64,000 bases of DNA from an uncultured Bilophila sp. (lineage in GTDB: Bacteria; Desulfobacterota; Desulfovibrionia; Desulfovibrionales; Desulfovibrionaceae): the NCBI RefSeq assembly GCF_902373525.1, contig NZ_CABKMN010000005.1, one strand, 5' to 3'. The translations under genes were made by a program, and so were the position numbers. Below, piece after piece: positions 10,363-19,334 of this stretch. Numbering within the stretch: position 1 is the first letter of the stretch; every line of letters begins with the position of its first letter. Under the pieces are notes generated by a model that was not told where the DNA came from, did not search any database, and worked only from the letters and a program-made list of their open reading frames with translations.

Positions 10363-10618
10363 TATGCGATTTGAAGAAGCGATGGAACTTGCCGAGCGCG
10401 GCGAACTGGTTTCCCGGCCCGGATATGGAACGCGGTTCGTCGCTGTCCGCGACGGGCAGACGCTGTACGGAGGGTTCGTCGGTGAAACCGGATTCGCCGA
10501 CATGCACGCCTATGCGTTCACGGAAGAGGATATCCGGGCCACGGACTGGCGGCGCTTCACCCGTGTCCTTCCCGACGCATGGGAAGGGTGCGACACCCCC
10601 TCAACCGGACGCGGCTAG
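10363..10618 (+). CDS. Small DUF2829-like protein (Tad2/Mw1434-like fold family), hypothetical
   Basis: GGAGGG RBS then ATG. 85-aa ORF MRFEEAMELAERGELVSRPGYGTRFVAVRDG...FTEEDIRATDWRRF matches the N- and C-terminal hallmarks of DUF2829 (MxFxEAxxxxxxGxxVxRxGW ... DxxAxDW) as I recall them. Confidence 0.45.
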
Positions 10619-11085
10619 AGCCTCTTCTCGGAAAGCCGCCCCACTCCCGCCCGACCGCCCCCAGCCAGACAAGCCGGAGGCCCTCCACACCCTCTCGGGG
10701 CGTAAGGGCCTTTCTTTCGGGATGCGCCCAAGCGAAGAAACGAACAACATCGGCGCACGGGCAACCTTCCGTTTTTCTTCCGAAACGGGACCGGAATCCG
10801 CATCCTCGCGCAAAACGTCCCGCCGCATCCGCCCGCGAGGGGCGCTATCATTCCGGCATCGCTGCACAACCGACCTTGTGCACAATAACACAGCAAAGAT
10901 TTTGATCTTTTTCTTTACCTTCCCCTGCCCATCGTTTACGCTGGAAGCACGGCTGGGCGGATTCCTTCCGTGCGGCCGTCCGCGTCAGAGCCGTTTTTTG
11001 TTTCCGCCGACCGGCACCCGCCGGGCGCGGCGCGGCCACCTCCGGCGAGCCGACGAAAGACCCCAAGCCTGTTAAGGAGAACGCC

Positions 11086-12519
11086 ATGCGGACGTACCAG
11101 CAGTTCATCAACGGCAAACTGATTCCCACATCGACCGGACGGTGGATCGACGTGGAAAACCCTTCCACCCGTGAAATCATCGCACAGGTCCCCGACGGCG
11201 ACGAACAGGACGCGCAACAGGCGCTTGAAGCCGCGAAGGCGGCGCAAACCGCGTGGTCCCGCGTACCCGCCGCCACCCGTGCGGGCTACCTCAAACAGTT
11301 CGCCGCCGTCATCCGCGAACACCGGGAAGACCTCGCCCGCCTTCTGGCTTCGGAGCAGGCGAAAGTCGCGCCCCTCGCGCAGGTGGAAGTGGACTTTACC
11401 GCCGACTATTTCGACTATTACGCTGGATGGGCCCGCATATACGAGGGCGAAATCATCCAGAGCGACCGGGATCGGGAAAACATCTTTCTCTTCCGCCAGC
11501 CCATCGGCGTGGTCGCGGGCATCTGCCCGTGGAACTTCCCTCTGTTCGTCATGGCGCGCAAGGTGGCGCCCGCCCTGCTGACCGGCTGCACCGCCGTCAT
11601 CAAGCCGAGCAGCCTTGCGCCCCTGACCGTCATGGCGTTCACCCGGCTGGTCGCGGAGCTTGATCTGCCCGCCGGCGTGCTCAACGTGGTTTCCGGCGGC
11701 GGCTCTACCCTCGGCAACGCCCTTGCCGGAAGCCCGCTTACGGACATGGTCAGCCTGACCGGCAGCGTGGAGGCCGGACAGAAAATCATCGCCGCCGGGG
11801 CTCCCAACATCACCAAGGTCTCTCTGGAACTGGGCGGCAAGGCGCCCGCCATCGTCTGCGAGGACGCGGACCTCGATCTTGCGGTCAAGGCGGTGGTGGC
11901 CTCACGGGTCATCTTCAGCGGACAGGTCTGCAACTGCGCGGAACGCGTGTACGTGCACGAACGCGTGGCCGACGCCTTCGCGGAAAAGCTCGCCAAGGCA
12001 TTCGGACAGGTCGTCGTCGGCGATCCCTTCGACACGCCCGTCCCGGACATGTGCAGCCAGATCGACCGCAACCAGCTTGAAAAGATCGAGGGCATGGTCG
12101 CCACCGCCGTCAAGGAAGGCGCGGAAGTCGTCACCGGCGGCCAGCGGCTCGACAGGCCGGGCGGCTATTATTACAAGCCTACCCTGCTGCGGCAGTGCCG
12201 TCAGGACATGGAGATCGTCCGCAAGGAGGTCTTCGGTCCCGTACTGCCCATGCTCACCTTCTCCGAGTTCGACGAAGCCGTCGATCTCGCCAACGATTGC
12301 GAATACGGCCTGACCTCCTCGATATACACCCGCGACCTCTCGCGGGCGCTCGAAGCCGTCAATCGCCTGAAGTTCGGAGAAACCTACGTCAACCGTGAAA
12401 ACTTCGAAGCCATGCAGGGCTTCCACGCCGGATGGCGCAAGTCGGGCATCGGCGGCGCGGACGGCAAGCACGGCCTCTTCGAATATCTGCAATCCCACGT
12501 GGCCTACATCCAGTATTGA
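11086..12519 (+). CDS. aldA: Lactaldehyde/glycolaldehyde dehydrogenase AldA (NAD+-dependent aldehyde dehydrogenase)
   Basis: 477 aa, near colinear with E. coli AldA recalled from memory (EVEVDFTADYFDYYAGWARIYEGEIIQSD, ELGGKAPAIV, GQVCNCAERVYV, YVNRENFEAMQGFHAGWRKSGIGGADGKHGLFEYLQ). Good RBS. Confidence 0.9.
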   Translation: MRTYQQFINGKLIPTSTGRWIDVENPSTREIIAQVPDGDEQDAQQALEAAKAAQTAWSRVPAATRAGYLKQFAAVIREHREDLARLLASEQAKVAPLAQVEVDFTADYFDYYAGWARIYEGEIIQSDRDRENIFLFRQPIGVVAGICPWNFPLFVMARKVAPALLTGCTAVIKPSSLAPLTVMAFTRLVAELDLPAGVLNVVSGGGSTLGNALAGSPLTDMVSLTGSVEAGQKIIAAGAPNITKVSLELGGKAPAIVCEDADLDLAVKAVVASRVIFSGQVCNCAERVYVHERVADAFAEKLAKAFGQVVVGDPFDTPVPDMCSQIDRNQLEKIEGMVATAVKEGAEVVTGGQRLDRPGGYYYKPTLLRQCRQDMEIVRKEVFGPVLPMLTFSEFDEAVDLANDCEYGLTSSIYTRDLSRALEAVNRLKFGETYVNRENFEAMQGFHAGWRKSGIGGADGKHGLFEYLQSHVAYIQY

Positions 12520-12530
12520 TCCCGACAACG

Positions 12531-12584
12531 ACGGCCCGCCCCGGAGCCTTGTTCAGGGCGGGCCGTTCCGTTTCACCGCGGGTA
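12531..12584 (+). terminator. GC-rich hairpin after aldA (possible terminator)
   Basis: ACGGCCCGCC-loop-GGCGGGCCGT followed by TCCGTTTC. Confidence 0.4.
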
Positions 12585-13248
12585 CGGCCATTCCCGGCTC
12601 CAAGGCGTCCCGGTCCCCGCGGTGGGATACGCTCGGCTTCTCCATACCCTCCGGCGGGAAGAACGGCTTCCGTGCGACGCACACCGGTACCGCCTTGTCC
12701 CGGAACCACCCACGCCGACAAGTCCCGCAGGGGCACGGTCCTCTCAGCCTTTCCGACATATTCAGACGGTGCCTCCCGCCGCGGCGCGGGACCGTCCGTA
12801 CTCACCTTTCGTTTCAGAGCCTGTCCGCATACGTCAAGCCACGCTTCCAGAAGGACACCTCTCAATCCGGCACCGGTAGGCCCTTCCGGGGAGACGGACT
12901 CTCCCCCAAAACGCATTCGCCGTTCCGTCCGGGGGAGGGCGCTCCGTATCGCTGCCGCCCGCTTTCGCCATCGGACGCAGGCGGCGTGAACTCCGCGGGG
13001 CCGTGTTCCGTCGCCCGCCGTGCCGGAAATCCGTTTTCCCCAGCTCGCCCGCCGCGCCGCCGGAACCGGCTTCATGTGCTTTCGGTCCGTGCGTCCCCGG
13101 AAGGTCCCGGCGTTATTTTTCCTTGTGAAGTATGGCGGTTGTTGCGCCTGCAACATCTATAACCACGGGACGGCGCTACGGTCGGGAGCATCTCCTCAGG
13201 GGAGACATATTTCTTCACGTTTGTCCGCTACGACGCAGGGAGAAAGGC

Positions 13249-14685
13249 ATGAAAGCGTACCCGCAACAGTATATCGGCGGTGAATGGAGAACGGGGTCCG
13301 GCGAGGCGGAATTGACCGATCGCAACCCCTATACCGGAGAAATCCTGTATACCTACCGTTCGGCGGGAAAAAAGGACCTCGACGACGCCTACCGCGCCGC
13401 CGCCGACGCCCAGAAGGACTGGGCCGCGACCACTCCCGCGCACAAGCGCGCCATGCTGGAAGGTCTGGCCGACGCCATCCGCGCGGCGAAAGACGACGTC
13501 TACGCCTGCATGATCGAGGAAGGCGGCTCCACGCGGCCCAAGGCCGATTTCGAATTCTTCACCAGCATCGACATCGTGAAGGAAGCCATGAGGTTCCCGC
13601 TCATGATGGACGGCAAAATCCTCCCCTCGAACATTCCCGGCAAGGAAAACTACATCTACAAGACGCCCAAGGGCGTCGTCGGAGCCATCGCCCCGTGGAA
13701 CGTCCCGCTGGTGCTGGCAATGCGCTCGGTGGTGCCCGCCGTGGCGACCGGCAACGCCGTGGTCCTCAAACCGGCCTCGGACACGCCCGCATCGGCGTTC
13801 CTCATCGCCGAATGCTTCGACAAGGCCGGGTTCCCCAAGGGACTCGTGAACGTGATCGCCGGGCGCGGTTCGGAAATCGGCGACGCCTTCGTCTCGCATC
13901 CCGTGCCGTCCCTGATCTCCTTCACCGGCTCCACCGACGTGGGCCGCCGCATCGGCGGGCTCGCCAGCGGCCTGTTGAAGGACGTATCGCTGGAACTGGG
14001 CGGCAACAACGTGATGCTCGTCCTGCGCGACGCCGACGTGGAACGGGCCGCAAGCGCCGCCGCGTTCGGGGCGTTCTTCCATCAGGGGCAAGTCTGCATG
14101 GCCCTGAACCGCGTCATCGTGGACGCCGCCGTCCACGACGCCTTCACCGAGGCTTTTATTACGGCCGCGAAACGGCTCAAGGCGGGCGATCCCGCCGATC
14201 CCGAAACCTTCATCGGACCGATCATCAGCGAAACGCAGGTCAAAAGCGTGGAGGGCTTCATCCGGGGCACCGTGGACGCGGGCGCGACCGTGGCCCTGCG
14301 CGGCTCGACCGAGGGCAACGTGATTTCCCCGTGGGTGTTCACCGACGTCACCAACGACATGCCCGCGGCGGCGAACGAGGTTTTCGGGCCGGTCTGCTGC
14401 ATCCTGCGGGCCCGGAACGAGGACGAGGCCGTCGCGCTGGCCAACGACACCCGGTACGGGCTCAGCGGAAGCGTGTTCACCAGAGACCTGTTCCACGGCA
14501 TGCAGGTGGCGCGGCGGCTGGAGACCGGCATGGTCCACGTCAACGACCAGTCCATCAACGACGAGCCGCACGTCATGTTCGGCGGCGAAAAGGCCTCCGG
14601 CGTGGGCCGGTTCAACGCGCAGTGGGTGGTGGACAAGTTCACCGCCGAACGCTGGATCAGCGTCCAGACCGAATACCGCTTCTGA
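13249..14685 (+). CDS. Aldehyde dehydrogenase family protein (benzaldehyde/vanillin dehydrogenase XylC-like)
   Basis: GGGAGAAAGG RBS then ATG at 13249 (MKAYPQQYIGGEWRTG). ALDH signatures LELGGNNVMLV and FFHQGQVCMALNRVIV (catalytic Cys) and the EVFGPV glutamate region. Sits immediately upstream of an aryl-alcohol dehydrogenase. Confidence 0.85.
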   Translation: MKAYPQQYIGGEWRTGSGEAELTDRNPYTGEILYTYRSAGKKDLDDAYRAAADAQKDWAATTPAHKRAMLEGLADAIRAAKDDVYACMIEEGGSTRPKADFEFFTSIDIVKEAMRFPLMMDGKILPSNIPGKENYIYKTPKGVVGAIAPWNVPLVLAMRSVVPAVATGNAVVLKPASDTPASAFLIAECFDKAGFPKGLVNVIAGRGSEIGDAFVSHPVPSLISFTGSTDVGRRIGGLASGLLKDVSLELGGNNVMLVLRDADVERAASAAAFGAFFHQGQVCMALNRVIVDAAVHDAFTEAFITAAKRLKAGDPADPETFIGPIISETQVKSVEGFIRGTVDAGATVALRGSTEGNVISPWVFTDVTNDMPAAANEVFGPVCCILRARNEDEAVALANDTRYGLSGSVFTRDLFHGMQVARRLETGMVHVNDQSINDEPHVMFGGEKASGVGRFNAQWVVDKFTAERWISVQTEYRF

Positions 14686-14714
14686 TCGCCACCCCCAACA
14701 GCAAGGAGTACGCC

Positions 14715-15812
14715 ATGAAGATTCAAGCCGCCGTCATCCGTGAAAAAGGCCGGCCCTTCCGTATCGAGGACGTCGAACTCGCTCCGCCGAAGGAAGGCGA
14801 ACTGCTCGTCAAAATCGTCGCCAGCGGGGTCTGCCATACGGACGAAGCCGCCCAACAGCAGATGATCCCCGTTCCGCTGCCCGCCGTTCTCGGGCACGAG
14901 GGCTGTGGGATCGTGGAGGAGGTCGGCCCCTGCGTCACCGGGTTCAAGCCCGGCGACCGGGTCGGGTTCTCCTTCGGTTTCTGCGGACACTGCCAAAACT
15001 GCCTTTCCGCGCACCAGCACGCCTGCGAAAACTTCAACGCCATCAACTTCGGCGGCGTGATGAGCGACGGCACCTCCCGCCTCTCCCAGAACGGGCAAAC
15101 GCTTTCCTCCTTCTTCGGCCAGTCCTCCTTCGCCACCCACGCCGTCGTGCACCAGAACAGCGTGATCAAGGTCGAGGACGACGACATCGATCTCGCCCTC
15201 GTCGGCCCCCTCGGCTGCGGCATCCAGACCGGCGCGGGAGCCGTGCTCAACCGCCTGCGGCCCAAGGCCGGGTCCTCGCTGGCGGTGTTCGGCTGCGGCA
15301 CCGTGGGCATGAGCGCGATCATGGCGGCCCGCATCGCCGGATGCGCCCGGATCATCGCCGTGGGCGGCACGCCGAGCAGCCTCGAACTGGCCAAGGAAAT
15401 CGGAGCCACCCACGCCGTCAACCGCCGGGAAACGCCCGACATCGCCGCACGCATCAAGGAAATCACGGGAGGCGGAGCGCACTACGCCATCGACACCACG
15501 GGCGTGCCCGCGCTCATCAAGACCGCACTGGCGAGCCTGCGCTTCCTCGGCACGGCAGTGGTGCTCGGCGTCACCGGCGACCTCACCATCAACGTTCAGG
15601 AAGAACTCATGGGCGAGGCCAAATCCCTGATCGGCATCGTGGAAGGCGACGCGATCCCCAAGCTGTTCATCCCGCAACTGCTCGACTATTACAGGCAGGG
15701 GCGCTTCCCCTTCGACCGGCTGATCACGTTCTACGATTTCGCGGACATCAACAGGGCGTTTGAAGAATCCCACAAGGGAAAGGCCATCAAGGCCGTACTG
15801 CGGATAGGCTAG
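14715..15812 (+). CDS. Zn-dependent aryl-alcohol (benzyl alcohol) dehydrogenase, XylB-like
   Basis: AAGGAG RBS then ATG at 14715. 365 aa with GVCHTDE, GHEGCGIVEEVG, structural-Zn Cys cluster CGHCQNCL, GPLGCGIQTGAGAV and C-terminal KAVLRIG. Closely parallels Pseudomonas XylB recalled from memory. Confidence 0.9.
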   Translation: MKIQAAVIREKGRPFRIEDVELAPPKEGELLVKIVASGVCHTDEAAQQQMIPVPLPAVLGHEGCGIVEEVGPCVTGFKPGDRVGFSFGFCGHCQNCLSAHQHACENFNAINFGGVMSDGTSRLSQNGQTLSSFFGQSSFATHAVVHQNSVIKVEDDDIDLALVGPLGCGIQTGAGAVLNRLRPKAGSSLAVFGCGTVGMSAIMAARIAGCARIIAVGGTPSSLELAKEIGATHAVNRRETPDIAARIKEITGGGAHYAIDTTGVPALIKTALASLRFLGTAVVLGVTGDLTINVQEELMGEAKSLIGIVEGDAIPKLFIPQLLDYYRQGRFPFDRLITFYDFADINRAFEESHKGKAIKAVLRIG

Positions 15813-15831
15813 CCCCTCCGGGGAGATGTGC

Positions 15832-15876
15832 CGCCGCCCCCTCCCGGTTCCGCCGCGAGGGGGCGGCCTTGTTTGG
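15832..15876 (+). terminator. Terminator after the aldA-ALDH-ADH cluster
   Basis: GCCGCCCCCTC-loop-GAGGGGGCGGC 11-bp stem followed by CTTGTTTGG. Confidence 0.5.
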
Positions 15877-16183
15877 CCCCACGGCATCATCCCCGAAGGC
15901 GAAGTTCGCGGGCCCCTCTGCGGAGACGTCCGACGGAGGCGTCCGGCGACAAAAACGTTCGGGAGACCTCCAAAAGGAGGCGTCTGAGGGGAGATTTCAC
16001 GCCCTTTTCCCTCGCGCCGCCGTTGGGTATTCGAGATCGCCGCGTATGCGGCGCGCGGCCAGCACGGAGCCCCCGGCGCAGGGTATGCAGATATTGGGAA
16101 AGGGAACTGCCCTGCTCGTTTATGAAGGCGTTTCCTGAACAAGCCGGGCGGGAACCGGCCCCGTTCGCCCCACCCTGAAACGA

Positions 16184-17710
16184 TTAACGGTTTGCCGACC
16201 CCGGCGCGTCCCCGGCGGGATTCGCCGTGACCAGCCATGCCAGTTCGTGACGGCTGCTGATCCCGAGCCTGCGGTGGATGTTTCGGATATGGGTCTTCAG
16301 GGTGCTCGGCGAAATGTTCAGGTTGTCGCAGATGGTCGCGTCCGGCGTCTTGCGGGCGAGCAAGGCCGCGATCATCGCCTGCTGCCGGGTCAGGCCGAGC
16401 TCCCGGAAATGCGCCTCCAGTTCCTCCAGCGGCCATTCCAGCAGCGACTGGGGCGTACTCGGCAAGGGCTTGTCGGAAGTGCGCCCGGCCTCCGCCGTTT
16501 CGGTCTTCGCCAGTCGGAAAAAGCCCACCTTTTCCAGATACACCACAAAGATGAAGCTCCCCGCCAGAATGGCGAACGCCTGAAACGCGAACAGCGAGTT
16601 GAGCGAATCGCCCCGGGCGATGCTCTCCGCAATCCAGCCGCTGTTGTGACTGCCCACCCACGAGGCCAGCGCGATGCCTCCGAGGCCGAAGGCCAGCAAT
16701 CGCAACCGTCCGCGCCCCCGGCGGTAGGAAGCCGTGTGCAGGAACGCCGTCATCATATAGATGTTGAGCAGGGTGTAGCCGAACAGCAGGCCGCCGAGCG
16801 ACAGGCCGGGCGATTCCCTGTGCAGCAGCGGCCACGCCGTATACCCGACGACCAGCACCGGGATCACCAGCAGGAACGCGTACCAGATCGGCGAACGGTG
16901 CGCCTGCCCGAGCACCAGCAGGGCCGAGAGGCTCCCCAGCACGACGAGGCTCAGCACGCTCAGACTCGGCGAGGGCATGACCGGCTCAAGCGCGCCGGAC
17001 AGATTGTAATAGGCGCTTTCGCTGAATGCGGTGAACAGACATCCGCTCCAGAAAAAAAGCGGTATCCGGGCAAACGGATAGGGCTCTTTCTCGTCCTCGG
17101 ACAGGCCGCCGTCGTCGCACGGCAGCAGGGCGAACACGACCGGAAACAGCAAGGCCGGAACCACCCAGTACGGTTCGGGGAACAGCAGGACGAGGTAGTT
17201 GCAGACCGGCGTCACCGCGCTCGCCAGACCGAGCCCGAGGACAAGTTGCCCCGACGTGAACCGGCACAGCCCGAGCCCGATGCGGCAGGCCGCGATGCCC
17301 GCCCCCATCCCGGCGAACAGGCTGATCGCCAGACCGCCGAAACGGACCCAGACGGAATGTTCGTCGACCGCCGGAGTCACCATCAGCAGCACGGGAGTCC
17401 ACATCAGCAGCAGGGTCACAATCCGGCACTGCATGCTCGTGCGGCCCACGATGGGCGCGCAGCCTTCCTGCGCCTCCGGGCGGAACCGCAGCCGGACCCC
17501 GTAGGCCAGCAACAGAGCCCCGGTGAACAGCGGAAGGTGGAACAATTGCCCCGCTTCGTCGTTATAAGGCACAAGCCCCGGCGTGTTGTACAGACGGAAC
17601 GCCTGCCACAACCATGAAAAGAAAATCGCGGACAACAGCGCCGTACCGAGCAATGCCCGAACGGTACGCGCGCCGGAAGGCCAAACGCCTTTTTCCGCAA
17701 GCGGTTCCAT
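16184..17710 (-). CDS. Membrane-embedded LuxR-family transcriptional regulator (N-terminal ~10-12 TM domain plus C-terminal LuxR/GerE HTH)
   Basis: C-terminal ~60 aa is a canonical LuxR HTH (LTRQQAMIAALLARKTPDATICDNLNISPSTLKTHIRNIHRRLGISSRHELAWL). The preceding ~440 aa are polytopic membrane helices. Start is ambiguous: ATG at 17710 (MEPLAEKG) or 17812. Confidence 0.7.
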   Translation of the reverse strand: MEPLAEKGVWPSGARTVRALLGTALLSAIFFSWLWQAFRLYNTPGLVPYNDEAGQLFHLPLFTGALLLAYGVRLRFRPEAQEGCAPIVGRTSMQCRIVTLLLMWTPVLLMVTPAVDEHSVWVRFGGLAISLFAGMGAGIAACRIGLGLCRFTSGQLVLGLGLASAVTPVCNYLVLLFPEPYWVVPALLFPVVFALLPCDDGGLSEDEKEPYPFARIPLFFWSGCLFTAFSESAYYNLSGALEPVMPSPSLSVLSLVVLGSLSALLVLGQAHRSPIWYAFLLVIPVLVVGYTAWPLLHRESPGLSLGGLLFGYTLLNIYMMTAFLHTASYRRGRGRLRLLAFGLGGIALASWVGSHNSGWIAESIARGDSLNSLFAFQAFAILAGSFIFVVYLEKVGFFRLAKTETAEAGRTSDKPLPSTPQSLLEWPLEELEAHFRELGLTRQQAMIAALLARKTPDATICDNLNISPSTLKTHIRNIHRRLGISSRHELAWLVTANPAGDAPGSANR

Positions 17711-18045
17711 CGACGGGTCAACTACGCCTTTTTTCACAAGGACTCCAATGCAACGGCAAACGCCGTTCCCCCACTGACGGACGACCAGAGAAAAGGAACA
17801 GGGTTCTGCCAAGCGATTTTTGTCATCGATTCCGGGACAACAATCGTTTCAAAAAGAAAGCAATTCTACAATAGTAAACGGAACAATGACGTTGCCGTTT
17901 TGGGTATGCCGAGACGGTTGGCCGTTCGGGGCGGAACGCCGCGGAAACGACGTCTCCGGCATCCCCGCCGCCATCCCGGCAGAATAGCGACCTTGCGGCA
18001 CAAGTACAAGCCCGGAAAGGAACGCCGTCGTCCTCTCCGGCGGGC

Positions 18046-19083
18046 TCATCGCCTGTCGTGCTGCGTCTCCGCAACGAGATCGATCAGTTCCTGGGTCACG
18101 GAACGCCGGAAAATGTCCCATACCGGGCGCGTCTTGCGCCGCATTTCGTCCATCATCGCGTCCGTGGGCTGGACAACTACGATGCCGTCCTGCTCGAACC
18201 GCCTGCGGGCCTGTTCCTCGGACTGCGGGGCCAGCACCTCACGCTGGTATTTCAGGGCCTCGTCCGCCGCCTCGCGGATGATCCGTCTGGCCTGCGGGTC
18301 GAGCCGTTCCCACCACTGCCTGTTGGCGCTCAAAATCTGCATCCCGTAGTTGTGGCGGGAAATGAAGCCGTACTTCAGAAGGTCCTCATGTTCCGCATTG
18401 AGCAGGAAGGAAAAGGTGTTGCCCTCCCCTTCGACGATGCCTTCCCTGAGGGCGGTATGGGTTTCCCCCCAAGCCAGCGTTTTCGGACGCATGCCCAGCG
18501 CCTTCGCCACTTCGGTCTCGACGGGGGAGGCCGTGGTCCGCACGACGATGCCCGCAAGGTCCTCCACCGACCGGATCGGCTTCTTCACGCTGAAGAAATC
18601 ACGGTAGCCGTATTCGCAGAACATGATCGGCTCAAGACCGACTTCATTGAATTTCTTCTGGAAATAGGTCCTCAGTTCGCCGTGGTCCACGGAGGCGTAC
18701 AGGTTCTTCTGATACTCGGGGCTGGTGATGTACGGCAGATCGAACACCATGAGCGACGGCACGAACCGCGTCAGGTTCGGGCTGGAACTGACGGCCATTT
18801 CGAGGCCGCCGCTCTGCGCGCCCTTGATCATCACCACGTCGCTCCCGAGCACCGCGTTGGGGAAAACGTGCACCTTGATCTTGTTGCCGGACTTCCGGGC
18901 CACGATGTCCCCGAACATCTCGAACGCCAACGTCGTATGGTGCCCGGGGGGGCAAGGATGCGCCAGCCGGAACCGCAGCCTCGGCCCGGTATATTCCGCG
19001 CGGGCGGACGATAGCCCCCCCCACGCGAACACGCAGGCCACGGCCAGCGCCATGACCGTCAGGTGAAACAAACTCCGTTTCAT
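18046..19083 (-). CDS. TRAP transporter solute-binding protein (DctP family), orphan with no adjacent dctQM
   Basis: Signal peptide MKRSLFHLTVMALAVACVFAWGGLSSARA. DctP-like body (LRFRLAHPCPPGHHTTLAFEMFGDIVARKSGNKIKVHVFPNAVLGSD, LDPQARRIIREAADEA). GAGG RBS before the second ATG. Confidence 0.85.
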   Translation of the reverse strand: MKRSLFHLTVMALAVACVFAWGGLSSARAEYTGPRLRFRLAHPCPPGHHTTLAFEMFGDIVARKSGNKIKVHVFPNAVLGSDVVMIKGAQSGGLEMAVSSSPNLTRFVPSLMVFDLPYITSPEYQKNLYASVDHGELRTYFQKKFNEVGLEPIMFCEYGYRDFFSVKKPIRSVEDLAGIVVRTTASPVETEVAKALGMRPKTLAWGETHTALREGIVEGEGNTFSFLLNAEHEDLLKYGFISRHNYGMQILSANRQWWERLDPQARRIIREAADEALKYQREVLAPQSEEQARRRFEQDGIVVVQPTDAMMDEMRRKTRPVWDIFRRSVTQELIDLVAETQHDRR

Positions 19084-19334
19084 CGTCATACCTCTATGCT
19101 TGGTGAAGCGCCCTCTCCGGAACGCCGCGGAGCGGGCATGCCGATCCTTTTGCTCAGAAACGCCCCACCATACAATCCCCCAAAGGGGTATTTTCATCAG
19201 AAAAAGCGGGCATCACCGCACCGCCCGGAGGAGCTCCGGCGGGAAACGCGGGTATCCCCTTTGATCCTTATGGGATTATACTGTTTTCAAGAAGAAATCC
19301 ATAGCGCGCCCCGCCCTCTCCCGAAACGGAAATC

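Noticed and set aside
12389-13162. Two 255-aa ORFs on opposite strands filling the aldA-ALDH spacer
   Set aside because: Both begin inside aldA and are Pro/Arg/Ser-rich junk. Region treated as non-coding (see findings)
13228-16835. Very long alternative-frame ORFs 13284-15812(+, 842 aa), 13228-14571(-) and 14082-16835(-, 917 aa)
   Set aside because: Compositionally biased (R/G/P/A-rich) and without motifs. They overlap well-supported ALDH and ADH genes. Artefacts of high GC
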